From: an uncultured Thermoplasmatales archaeon
GTDB taxonomy: Archaea > Thermoplasmatota > E2 > DHVEG-1
Length of the DNA stretch: 55,593 bases
Direction: 5' to 3'
Assembly (NCBI GenBank): GCA_964612945.1
Contig: CAZTFR010000003.1
Location: 842-56,434 of the forward strand
Part shown: one piece after another, positions 20,001-29,011 of the stretch
How positions within the stretch are numbered: position 1 is the first letter of the stretch
How the letters are laid out: every line of letters starts with the position of its first letter
The notes under the pieces: generated by a model
What the model saw: only the letters and a program-made list of their open reading frames with translations
Told to the model about the DNA's origin: nothing
Database searches by the model: none
Made by a program: the position numbers and the translations under genes

Positions 20001-20208
20001 AGCAGCTCACGTAAAGACAGTTTTTTTTTTTTTATCAATTACTCAAGGGAAAGTGTGTGTAATACTATAGTAGTATGTTACAGTTAGGCAGATCCCATCC
20101 TATTGATGTGGTAAATTCTTTTCTGATTTAAATAGGTATGGACTTTTTTTTCTTACGCGCTGCACAAACGCTTATAATCAATATTGTCTGTTGCTTATGT
20201 GGAATGCT

Positions 20209-20442
20209 ATGGTTGATCTACGAGAGCTGTTGAATGAATTGAAATGGAACCGTGATTTTTCAAACGTTGTGGTCTGGTATGTACATCGTGGTGCACCACA
20301 TGATAGAAAACAGATTTCAGGTGGTCGTATTCTGTCCATTGATAAGTCATCCTTTTCGACACAGCACTCTTCAATCCCCTATCATCGAGTTTTGTTGGTC
20401 CTGTATGGTGATGAGGAGGTGTTTGACCGGACAAACCTGTAG
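20209..20442 (+). CDS. DUF504 (MJ1316-like RNA-repair/recognition domain) protein
   Basis: LRELLNELKW...Y.HRGAP...IPYHRV signature. Confidence 0.85.
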   Translation: MVDLRELLNELKWNRDFSNVVVWYVHRGAPHDRKQISGGRILSIDKSSFSTQHSSIPYHRVLLVLYGDEEVFDRTNL

Positions 20443-20453
20443 GTGTTTTTTAT

Positions 20454-20585
20454 GGAAACCGAGCGAGAAAACCCAATGCTTTAGCGTTGGGATGAATCGC
20501 CCGGACTGTTTAACCTAAAACGCCGAAAGGCGTTTTCTCCCCCTTGAGGGGGAAGCCATGATATTTATATCATGGAGGGGGTGAC
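20454..20585 (+). mobile_element. Non-autonomous miniature IS200/IS605-family element (PATE-like) with left- and right-end hairpins
   Basis: LE-like GCGAGAAAACCCAATGC-TTTA-GCGTTGGGATGAATCGC, RE-like GGAAGCCATGATA-TTTA-TATCATGGAGGGGGTGAC, two internal hairpins, TTTAT just 5', no ORF. Confidence 0.7.
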
Positions 20586-20709
20586 TCAGAGTAAGTACGA
20601 TGCTTTTTTTGCTATGCGAGAAACAACAATGCTTAATTATCAACACTTGATTACCTCTCATGCAAATAGATGGACGTCATAACGTATCCCAGCATTAGGA
20701 TGTGAATCA

Positions 20710-20955
20710 ATGAGTGAACTTACGGAAATCACTGATCAAATTCATGCGTTAAAACAGGCTCATGCAATTCTGAAGAATCGGTATGAGCAGAGCGATTTTC
20801 ATAAGAAACGCGAGAAGAGTCCTCATTCACCGGTTCAGCCTTCACCACAGGATAAGGACGTGCTTCATCTATTAACAGCCATCCAACAACTAGACAAACT
20901 TGTCAAAGAATTACAGGATGAGCAATTTCGTTTATTGAAATCTGAAGAAGCCTAA
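20710..20955 (+). CDS. Small helical-hairpin hypothetical protein
   Basis: 81-aa ORF with SD-like AGGATGTGA and two amphipathic helices. Confidence 0.65.
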   Translation: MSELTEITDQIHALKQAHAILKNRYEQSDFHKKREKSPHSPVQPSPQDKDVLHLLTAIQQLDKLVKELQDEQFRLLKSEEA

Positions 20956-22429
20956 AGGATGTTTCTTCGCAGTCCAAACATGCTTTTTATTAAGACAATG
21001 ATGGGAATTATCTCTAGTCGTCCAATCCACATATTAAAAATCAGCATTGATTTTCCAATTGGGGACATAGATATCGAGGTGATACCGGTGGTTAGGCCTA
21101 CATTTCCCTGAGCAGAGCAAACCTCAAAAATGACGTTGCCGAGTGTTTCTCTGGGAAAAAGTGTTGCAATGACAAACACGCCCACGGCCAGAACAATCAC
21201 CCAGATAAACGAGATAATTGCTGCTTCGTTGATTAGATCCATCGCATCTTCTCTAGAGAGCGGTTTGTTACCTAGTTTATGGACAAAGACACGACGCGGT
21301 GTGGAGATCGATCGTTTAATCCGCCAGCTTGCTCCTTTACTTAACAGAATGGCTCGAAATAATTTAATACCGCCCGCTGTTGACCCTGCGGCGCCTCCAA
21401 TTACCATGGCAATAGACAACAACATCTTTGCTGACTCCGACCAGGCGTGCAGGTTAACGCGGAGATGTACTGAAATCCTGATTCCTTGAGTACTAGCAGA
21501 ACATTTTCATTATACCCCAAGCTTTGATCATAAAAATTGATCAATGTTAACGCAATGATTCCAAGAAATAGTAAGAACATCATTGCCTGAAACTGGGCAT
21601 CCGAGAGGAATTTTCGGATGCGTCCTTTTAACAGATCATAATGGGCGGTAAAGGCAACACCGCCGAAAATCATCAATAGCACAACGACCAGCTGTGAGAG
21701 CGTTCCGAATCCTGCGATACTGTCATCGGTTACCGAAAAGCCACCTGTTGCAATTGCCGTCATGGCATGATTCAACGAGGTCCAAGGATCCATACCTGCC
21801 TTTGTGGTCATGCCAAGGATCATAAGAACTACTATTCCTACACCGGTGTATAGAAGAAAAATCCACCAGATAGTACGTACGGTGGAGATCATCGAAGGGT
21901 GTGTTTTCTGGTCTCTTCCCTCTGAACGGTACAAAACGTATGATCCTGTACCAGGCCTAGCAAGAATGGTAAGCGTCAGTACAATCACGCCAACGCCACC
22001 AATCCATTGGATAAGCGACCGCCAGAACTGCAAACTATATGGGAGGAGATTTTCTTGGTCAACCATGGTCAGACCGGTACCGGTCCATCCAGACATTGAC
22101 TCAAAAAATGCGGAGAGAGGTGCCATATGAGCTCCGGTTTGCAGGTTGTATTGGATCAGCCAAAAGGGAAGCATACCGATAACTGATATGATAAGCCAGC
22201 CTAACGCTGCAGTGACCATTGCGGTTTTAAAGCTTGCCGGGTCTGCCTGCCGGAAGAGCAAATACAGGGGTATTCCTACGGCACAATACATGGCAGATGT
22301 GATGGCTAACGGTATAAATGCATATAGTTCATTGTTGTAGACGGGAACAATTAGTGAGATCAGAGAAATCACACCAATAATGATGAAAATTCCCCCTAAA
22401 TCTCTGAGGATCGTTTTAATATCACTCAT
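20952..22429 (-). pseudogene. trkH: TrkH/KtrB potassium uptake membrane protein, disrupted by a frameshifting deletion at ~21446/21447
   Basis: FESMSGWTGTG, HAMTAIATGGFS, GGAAGSTAGGIK, SAQGNVG and MWIGRLE motifs split across two frames. The third P-loop is truncated after SALTC. Confidence 0.85.
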
Positions 22430-22501
22430 TGTCCTGCTCTCCTCATATCCACATATCTTCTCTTGCTATGTGTAGGAAATCAGATGCATCCTTATTATGT
22501 T

Positions 22502-23383
22502 TTACTTGTGTGATGATTGAAGCCGGCTGCAGAGCTGTTTATCCAGATAGTCCGTGATATTTCGTTTGGTAAATGCGTCTGCTTTAGCAGCGGTAGAAAT
22601 TATGGTGGCAAGAATACGTGCTCTTTTTCCCCGCTGCGACCGGGGAAGGCGATAAATCTGTGCATGTTGGAAAATCACTCCATGTTTCGGAGGGCGTCCT
22701 CCTTCTTTTTTAAAGCGAAATAATGCCTTTTCAGCACCGAGAAGCTGCACGGTTGAGGCTGGGAGAAGCGCAAGCTGCTGCAGTCCACCGGCAAGAGCAA
22801 TTAACCGGGCACCAACAAGGCTTCCTGCGATACTACTTATGTTTGGCGCGATCTGGTTCATTTCCTCATCGATTTGTTTTTCAAGCTGCAGTATTTGTGT
22901 CTGTACCTTTTTTGTCAGCTCTTGAAATCCTTTTTTCTTGTCTGGTGTTTTTGAGGTAAGCACCGACCATGCCTGCAGACGCTCTGCAAAAAGATTTTGG
23001 GTCTGAATCAGATCATCAAGAGCGTTGACCATCTGTATTATGGTAAGATCCGGTGAAGAAAGCTGAGTTTTCACTTGTTTTTCAACAAGATACTGCAGTG
23101 CTTGTTGCAGCAGATGATAGGATACCTCATAGTCTTCAGGATGAATGCGTAATTGGTTGGGGCTCTCTGGTGTGTAGGTTCCTATGTGTTGTAATCTCTT
23201 TTCAAAAACAGTGGGTGTAACCTCTTTTGCTACCTTTTGTTCTTCTGTGAGTATACAATTATTTTGTATTTGTTGAAGTCGTTGTGCTATTTGCGTAGGA
23301 TCTTTTGGAAACAGAAGGTATTTAGTAATCGATCCATTGTTTTTGTGAAGAAAGGTTCCAAACCACGTTGTTGTTAGCTGCAT
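22502..23383 (-). CDS. nop5: Nop5 (Nop56/58) box C/D sRNP protein
   Basis: APN...AG.LVGARLI..AGGL..LA.LPAST.Q.LGAEKALF...PPKHG.IFQH NOP-domain signature. Confidence 0.93.
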   Translation of the reverse strand: MQLTTTWFGTFLHKNNGSITKYLLFPKDPTQIAQRLQQIQNNCILTEEQKVAKEVTPTVFEKRLQHIGTYTPESPNQLRIHPEDYEVSYHLLQQALQYLVEKQVKTQLSSPDLTIIQMVNALDDLIQTQNLFAERLQAWSVLTSKTPDKKKGFQELTKKVQTQILQLEKQIDEEMNQIAPNISSIAGSLVGARLIALAGGLQQLALLPASTVQLLGAEKALFRFKKEGGRPPKHGVIFQHAQIYRLPRSQRGKRARILATIISTAAKADAFTKRNITDYLDKQLCSRLQSSHK

Positions 23384-23533
23384 AGTTGTAACTCATGCAG
23401 ATGAACCAGCTTATTTCTTAATTAGTTTACGGGCCCCTCTCTTTTTGATTTTCACTGGAGGAATAGTGTTTAAATAGGGGGACTTTATTACATATGCTAA
23501 CAAGTGTACATGCTTGGAGTGGGGTATTTTCAT

Positions 23534-23854
23534 ATGGCCGCTGAGAAGAAAGAAAGATTTGTTCTTACCAATGTGATTGAAACAGAATTAGATATTTTGA
23601 AACGTCACATTCATGTGCTGAAAGTTCTTCAACAAAATGAACCCGCAGGAATCATTAAACTGTCAGAACTTACCAATCATCCACAACATATGGTACGTTA
23701 TTCGTTACGTATTTTAGAACAGGAGGGGCTTATTGAGCCGTCTCCGCAGGGCGCTGTGACCACGGACATGGTCTCCAAAGCTGTAGAGGTGCTCAAAGGA
23801 AAATTGAATGATATGAATGCGACCATCTCAGATCTTATGGATATGGTAAAGTAA
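23534..23854 (+). CDS. Archaeal winged-helix transcriptional regulator
   Basis: RH..VL.....P.GIIKLSE....P.H.VRYSLR.LEQ.GLI.PS..GA. Start at ATG 23534 after GGAGTGGGG. Confidence 0.85.
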   Translation: MAAEKKERFVLTNVIETELDILKRHIHVLKVLQQNEPAGIIKLSELTNHPQHMVRYSLRILEQEGLIEPSPQGAVTTDMVSKAVEVLKGKLNDMNATISDLMDMVK

Positions 23855-23887
23855 AATAGTGAACACGTATTTATTTTTTGTATCATT

Positions 23888-23960
23888 GCCGCGGTAACTC
23901 AGTTGGGAGAGTGCACGGCTGAAGACCGTGATGTCGAGGGTTCAAATCCCTCCTGCGGCA
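23888..23960 (+). tRNA. tRNA-Phe (GAA), no intron, CCA not encoded
   Basis: Acceptor stem GCCGCGG/CTGCGGC, anticodon arm CACGG-CTGAAGA-CCGTG, T-arm GAGGG-TTCAAAT-CCCTC. Confidence 0.97.
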
Positions 23961-24113
23961 TAAGGTGTAGAGGTATAACTCCCACCCCTTCTTTCTTCAA
24001 AGTTTTATTTAGTAAATAGCTTTATTGCAAAATAAGTAAATAAGAAAGAATTTCAAAGGAGAACTGAATATGCTATAAATAACCTCAAGAATATTTTGAG
24101 AATAAGATTATTT

Positions 24114-24563
24114 TTAAACATTAACTGTTTGTGATTTATAGTATCGATCCCAGAGTTTGCTTATTAGATACCCAATAAGAATCCACTGCAATAAATTGAT
24201 TACAATGCTTGTTACATTACGTATGCTAAATGTCAAATTAGTCGTAATTAATCCAATTATTATTAGTAAAATAAAAGGGATAAAAAAGAAACATAAAGAG
24301 AGAAACATTCCTTTAGCAAAATTTGTCGACCCTGGAAGTCGTTGGTGAAATTTTTTATACAAGAAACAATACAGTAAACCGATAGTCAACCATCCAAGAG
24401 TTAACAATGTTAGGTTAGAAACCATCTTGTTTAATATGACATAAGAACTATCCAGAAGCCAACTAATGAAATCATTAATAACTCTATTAATAAGATCAAT
24501 CAATAGAATAACATCTGCTCCATAAAAGAGGAATTTTTTATTCCGGTCATCAAAACGTTGCAT
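24114..24563 (-). CDS. AT-rich membrane protein (3-4 TM) downstream of tRNA-Phe
   Basis: Hydrophobic ORF with Y......LPG....KG motif. Start uncertain (24563 or 24608). Confidence 0.55.
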   Translation of the reverse strand: MQRFDDRNKKFLFYGADVILLIDLINRVINDFISWLLDSSYVILNKMVSNLTLLTLGWLTIGLLYCFLYKKFHQRLPGSTNFAKGMFLSLCFFFIPFILLIIIGLITTNLTFSIRNVTSIVINLLQWILIGYLISKLWDRYYKSQTVNV

Positions 24564-24737
24564 GGAAATATAATTTATATAATTGATTATAAATAACTTG
24601 TTTAACATTAATTACCAAATTAAAAAACCCGGTTTTTATTTGAAGAGATTCGAATAAAAAAATCTGTAGGATCACGCTTTTTTTCCCTTGTAGGTAGGGA
24701 ATTATTCCTAACAAATACTGTTTTTATGAATTATCTT

Positions 24738-24750
24738 CTCCTGCGTCATA
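24738..24750 (+). repeat. Imperfect direct repeat of the tRNA-Phe 3' end (att-like)
   Basis: CTCCTGCGTCATA versus CTCCTGCGGCATA at 23950-23962 (12/13). Confidence 0.4.
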
Positions 24751-24846
24751 TTTTTTTTAGATTACCGTTCTTTTTTTTTTAAAAGAACTTTCAATTAGCA
24801 AGCAAGAAACACGAAAGTACCATACACACAAAAGCAAGAATCTTTG

Positions 24847-25134
24847 TTACTCTGAAGATTTTTTTCGTGATCGAAGAATTTTTGATATGGAGTCTTTTTG
24901 AGCGTTGGGACACATCCATTCCCCTGGTTTCTTGGGCTCTTCGATGTGGTCTTGTCCATCATCAATTGTGTTTTCAGGTGTTTTATTGTCTGATAATTCT
25001 ATGATTTCTCTTTGTGCAGAGGCCGGATACAGTATTTCTTCGACATGGCGATCAGAATCTTCAGCGACAGCGATATGATCTTCTTCCTCTTTTGTGTCTT
25101 TCTTTTTCGTCCAAAAGGCAAATATCAATGGCAT
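24847..25134 (-). CDS. Small acidic hypothetical protein
   Basis: 95-aa ORF with GGTGA SD. Confidence 0.55.
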   Translation of the reverse strand: MPLIFAFWTKKKDTKEEEDHIAVAEDSDRHVEEILYPASAQREIIELSDNKTPENTIDDGQDHIEEPKKPGEWMCPNAQKDSISKILRSRKKSSE

Positions 25135-25264
25135 ATATCAGTCACCACTCATCCAATTCTATTGGTTTTCTCATTCTTTTTTTGGTTTGCTTATTATATA
25201 AATCGTGTTGTACAAATCTTGCCAAAAAAGGGAGAATGACTACGATTTCTTGGGATTTTTAAGA

Positions 25265-25337
25265 CGGAGAAGTCTGGAAAAAAAGGAATTGGAATGGGAT
25301 GCAATGCCCCTAGATTTCCCTATTCCAGACTCCCCCG
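25265..25337 (-). ncRNA. Candidate long-hairpin leader or small RNA
   Basis: 15-bp stem CGGGGGAGUCUGGAA/UUCCAGACUUCUCCG whose two non-Watson-Crick pairs are G-U only on the minus strand. TTTTTATA box ~25 nt upstream. Confidence 0.45.
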
Positions 25338-25420
25338 GACTTATAATGGAGTTATTCTATAAAAAGATACCTTTAATTCTACGTATCTCGTCTCTCCCAC
25401 GAAGTTATTATTGTTTTACA

Positions 25421-26305
25421 CTATTTCACTTTTTCATGTTGAACCGTAAGATAAATCCCTGAAAGAATAATGGCGCCTCCTACGATGGTGTATGAGGATG
25501 GCTGCTGATGAATCCAGGGGAGAACGTAGGCAAGCAGTGAGGATCCAATGGGTTCACCAAGAAGAAACACCGAGGCAACGGATGCCCGAATATATTCAAG
25601 AGACCAATTATACAAAGTATGCCCAAAGATTCCCGAGATGAGCGCCATCAAAAGGATAATACCATAATCTCGGAGGCTGATAGTGATGATAGGTGCCTGA
25701 AACAGCAGGCAAAGACAAAACAACACCACAGTTCCCACAAGATACACAATAAATGCATAGGAGACAATCGAAACGGTTTTCCGCACCAATCGACCACCTA
25801 CGATATACAGACCTGCGGCAACACCGCCAAGCATGGCCAAAATATTTCCCTGCAAGGTGTCAATCGTAAATGTGGCAAACCCATAGTTCCCATAGACTAA
25901 AAGAATAACTCCTGTAAGAGAAAGCGCGATACCACATGCGTTGAGAAATGACAGATGTTCTTTGAGAAAATAAAACGAAACAGGGGCAACCAGCACGGGG
26001 TGTGCGGTGACAAGAATCACGGAGCTTGCAACCGAGGTCTGCGTCAGTGAGGTAATCCACAAAGCAAAATGAGCAGCAAGGATGATTCCAATAAGAATCA
26101 TAATTGCCACTGTTTTTTTTGGAATCTGCATAAGTTCCATGCGAATTTTCTTCTGACCAACCACTAAGGGTACCAACAGCAGCGTAGTAAAAAACAACCG
26201 ATACAGCGCGATACTTAACGGCTGCGTCTCAATGGAGAGAATAAAAATCGATGCAAAGGAAACCGCAACAATAGAAGTCATCAACGCCGCATATGGCTTT
26301 CTCAT
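25421..26305 (-). CDS. EamA/DMT family transporter
   Basis: ~10 TM, A.HF..WI.SL..TSVASS..LV, GH.LYNWSL, L.EP motifs. Start set at MRKPY. Confidence 0.9.
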   Translation of the reverse strand: MRKPYAALMTSIVAVSFASIFILSIETQPLSIALYRLFFTTLLLVPLVVGQKKIRMELMQIPKKTVAIMILIGIILAAHFALWITSLTQTSVASSVILVTAHPVLVAPVSFYFLKEHLSFLNACGIALSLTGVILLVYGNYGFATFTIDTLQGNILAMLGGVAAGLYIVGGRLVRKTVSIVSYAFIVYLVGTVVLFCLCLLFQAPIITISLRDYGIILLMALISGIFGHTLYNWSLEYIRASVASVFLLGEPIGSSLLAYVLPWIHQQPSSYTIVGGAIILSGIYLTVQHEKVK

Positions 26306-26411
26306 GTCTTCATTGCGCACACATGCACAATAACGCATCTCTTTTTGTTTTTTATGGCACACCTTAGATGAGCACAAAAAAGTTTAAACAGGTTATGCCA
26401 TAGTCCGTGCT

Positions 26412-27017
26412 ATGTCTTCACCGTATATACTTGGGTTTTATGGGCCTTCTAATTCGGGGAAAACAACACTGATCCGTTCCCTTGTACAAAAGCTAACAGA
26501 GAAGAACTATGCCGTTGCAGTAGTAAAACAATCAGATACCTCGCATCAGATAGATACCGTAGGAAAAGACACCTGGCAGCATGCACAAGCAGGCGCAGCC
26601 GTTGTTGTGTTTTCTACGCCACAGGAAACTGATTATCTATTGAAAACAGCACAGTCCATCAGTGACATCACCTTCCAACTGATGAGTATGCAGCATCTCG
26701 ATGTCATCCTACTTGAAGGCGCAACTGATGAAGGCATTCCAAAGATACAACTGGGGGAGGGACCACCACGTAGCAACACCCTTTTTACCTACCAAGGCGA
26801 TGAAGAGGGACTTCTTCGGTTCATCATCAAAAACATGGAAGAAAAACAGACCGATGAAACACTCACCATACAGATTAATGGAAAAAAAATACCGCTCACC
26901 GAATTTCCCACGACAATCATACAATCCACGCTTCTTGGAATGGTCCAGTCACTCAAAGGAGTACGGCACGTGGAGACACTCACCATTCAGTTGAAAAAAG
27001 AAAAGAAGGGACAGTAA
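26412..27017 (+). CDS. mobB: Molybdopterin-guanine dinucleotide biosynthesis protein B
   Basis: G.SNSGKTT Walker A, D..GKDTW.H..AGA, D...LEG, C-terminal INGK.IPL..F...II...GMV.SLKGV. Confidence 0.9.
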   Translation: MSSPYILGFYGPSNSGKTTLIRSLVQKLTEKNYAVAVVKQSDTSHQIDTVGKDTWQHAQAGAAVVVFSTPQETDYLLKTAQSISDITFQLMSMQHLDVILLEGATDEGIPKIQLGEGPPRSNTLFTYQGDEEGLLRFIIKNMEEKQTDETLTIQINGKKIPLTEFPTTIIQSTLLGMVQSLKGVRHVETLTIQLKKEKKGQ

Positions 27018-27282
27018 CACGCTCATTTTGTGTTGCTTAGAGTGTTCCTGTAACATTTATAATTAAGAGTAATAAGACAACTAGAGATATCACACAAATA
27101 CTGATGACATCCTCTGTATGTTCTGCTTTCCAACGCAACTTGCATCCCGTCCCACGGAATATATCATCTTAATGTTTTTAAATGTTTACACATTTTCAAC
27201 AGCACTATTTTCGGCTACATATCTAACAACATATGCACATGCACTCAAATCTTATAAAGAGCTCAATTCATTTCTGTTGTTA

Positions 27283-27380
27283 CCGCTAGGGAGGATGAAC
27301 AAAAGTGGCCTATAGACACTTACTGTGAGATACCCCTTTCGCAGTATACCCGACAGGCAGAGGTGGATCATTTCTAGCGG
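27283..27380 (+). ncRNA. Candidate rod-shaped structured RNA or 5' leader
   Basis: CCGCTAG/CTAGCGG closing stem, GCCT/AGGC, TACTGTGAGA/TTTCGCAGTA apical stem with G-U pairs. TTATAAA box at 27252-27258. Confidence 0.5.
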
Positions 27381-27406
27381 GGCATATTTCGTGAGGAGCG
27401 GTGCCT

Positions 27407-27517
27407 ATGATAAAAATAGATGGGATGCAAAAAAAAGAGGAGGATTACATGTTTGAAGAATGGACCCGGGAACTAGAAAAAGAGCTCTCCACGTTTTGGA
27501 ATGAGTTTCTAAAATAA
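27407..27517 (+). CDS. Putative 36-aa microprotein MIKIDGMQKKEEDYMFEEWTRELEKELSTFWNEFLK
   Basis: GAGGAG SD, amphipathic acidic helix, follows a promoter and a structured leader. Below the ORF-track length cut-off. Confidence 0.45.
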   Translation: MIKIDGMQKKEEDYMFEEWTRELEKELSTFWNEFLK

Positions 27518-27566
27518 AAAAAAAGAATGCGAGAAGAAATCATCTTTCTTCTCCAACTCAATATCC

Positions 27567-28106
27567 TTACTTATCTGGTAAAAAATACTGTACTATATTC
27601 TCTAAGTTAGGATTATCACATCGCGATTTTTGAAGAGGAAACACTGATTCAAGCACCATGAGTTCCGCGATATTTTCAGAAAACATTTTATTAATAGATT
27701 CTTCCAAAAGTTTTATCCTACGAACATCCTCAGTGGTGACAAGAATAACAAAATCATACCATCCATGGGTCATAAAACAACAATCGATCCAGATGCCAAT
27801 CTTTTTGAATTCCTCTTTGAGTTTCCCCGAGATCACTGACTCAAGTTGGTCCTTTTTCACTGGCTGATTCGTCCGTCTGAGAAGAAGAATAAACTTTTTC
27901 TGGTTCAGTCTGACATCGTCGACAACAGCAGTATACGTCCAAATGGTCTTGTTTTTTTCCAACCGCTTTATAAGCCGCCAGACCTTCTGACGAGAAAACC
28001 CACAATTCCGGGCGATTATTTCAATGCTTTCATTAGAATTTTGTTGCAGCTGCTCTAAAATTTTCTGTTCATCTTTTTTTATTTGCTCTCTGCTTGATTT
28101 AACCAT
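27567..28106 (-). CDS. Lrp/AsnC family transcriptional regulator
   Basis: D..IL..L..NS..S...IA...GFSRQKVWR.IKRLE....I..YTAVVD HTH and G.YD RAM domain, GGTGGAGG SD. Confidence 0.9.
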   Translation of the reverse strand: MVKSSREQIKKDEQKILEQLQQNSNESIEIIARNCGFSRQKVWRLIKRLEKNKTIWTYTAVVDDVRLNQKKFILLLRRTNQPVKKDQLESVISGKLKEEFKKIGIWIDCCFMTHGWYDFVILVTTEDVRRIKLLEESINKMFSENIAELMVLESVFPLQKSRCDNPNLENIVQYFLPDK

Positions 28107-28230
28107 AAGCCTCCACCTAAAGAATACCACCCCAATAAAGTACTGGTTTATAAAACATTTGTAAATACAATAGGCAATTCATAAATTTCTAATCGCCTGA
28201 ATAAGACGCCCAGGTTACAAAAAAAATCAA

Positions 28231-28569
28231 CTATAACCAAGAATGATCAAGTATATACTGCTCAATAGCTCGATGCAGCAGTTCCTCCCAGGAACCAAAG
28301 GGACTACCCTCTTGTATATATCCATCGAGCCGTTCGATAGCACCAGGCCTTGTCTCCAAAAAATCCATCAGAGACTCCTGAGCAAACACAGGGCTCTGGG
28401 CAAAAAAAGAGTGAGAACTCTTAAAAGACGTATGTTCAAGAAGAAAAGAATCCGAGATAACTTCATCCACCGCAATAACCTTTTTTTGCATGAGATCCAA
28501 AATCATTTGTTCTCGATGATGAAGCCTTTGGACCAGGTTCTCCACCTGATCAAGGGTCATATCGACCAT
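28231..28569 (-). CDS. Hypothetical protein, possible C-terminal ribbon-helix-helix-like motif
   Basis: GAGGAGTGA SD. C-terminal RLD.YI..G.PF.S..ELL.RAIE.YI resembles CopG/RHH helices. Confidence 0.55.
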   Translation of the reverse strand: MVDMTLDQVENLVQRLHHREQMILDLMQKKVIAVDEVISDSFLLEHTSFKSSHSFFAQSPVFAQESLMDFLETRPGAIERLDGYIQEGSPFGSWEELLHRAIEQYILDHSWL

Positions 28570-28710
28570 ATCACTCCTCGCAGGGTAATCTTTTTCCCTC
28601 TATATAAGTACAGTTGTATCACAAACCCAACACAACATCGTTTTTTCTTTAGAGCGCCGTAGGAAAAGAAAAGCTTATAAACCCAAACATAGGTGTGCTT
28701 CATGAACACT

Positions 28711-28920
28711 ATGGGAGATGAAATCTTTTCAAAAGATAAAAAACCTACCACCATGGTATTTGAGGGAACCAATGCCATGACCACAGATGAACAACTTGCG
28801 TTTATGATTCATCGGTTTAATCTTGACTGGGATACAATTGAAACCATGCCTGCGTTTAAAAAGCATTGTGAAAATCTGTTTCCCACCACTGTGAAACAGT
28901 CCTTACTTCAAAAAGAATAA
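28711..28920 (+). CDS. Small hypothetical protein
   Basis: Short ORF after a TTATAAA box, divergent from 28231-28569. Start uncertain. Confidence 0.5.
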   Translation: MGDEIFSKDKKPTTMVFEGTNAMTTDEQLAFMIHRFNLDWDTIETMPAFKKHCENLFPTTVKQSLLQKE

Positions 28921-29011
28921 CCTGATATACATTGTCACCTATTTTTATCTTTTGACGCAAACAATATAAAACAGAAAAAGATAATCGGAAAACAACGGGG
29001 TTTGCATTTTT

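Noticed and set aside
20952-22429. Programmed frameshift or Sec/Pyl recoding in trkH
   Set aside because: No slippery site or in-frame TGA/TAG at the junction, and conserved residues are physically missing.
25811-25820. Second tRNA-Phe att-like match (CCTGCGGCA)
   Set aside because: 9-bp match inside an intact EamA coding sequence, expected by chance.
27283-27380. Moco/tungsten-cofactor riboswitch because of proximity to mobB
   Set aside because: It lies downstream of mobB, and I recognise no Moco RNA consensus. Kept only as an unknown structured RNA.
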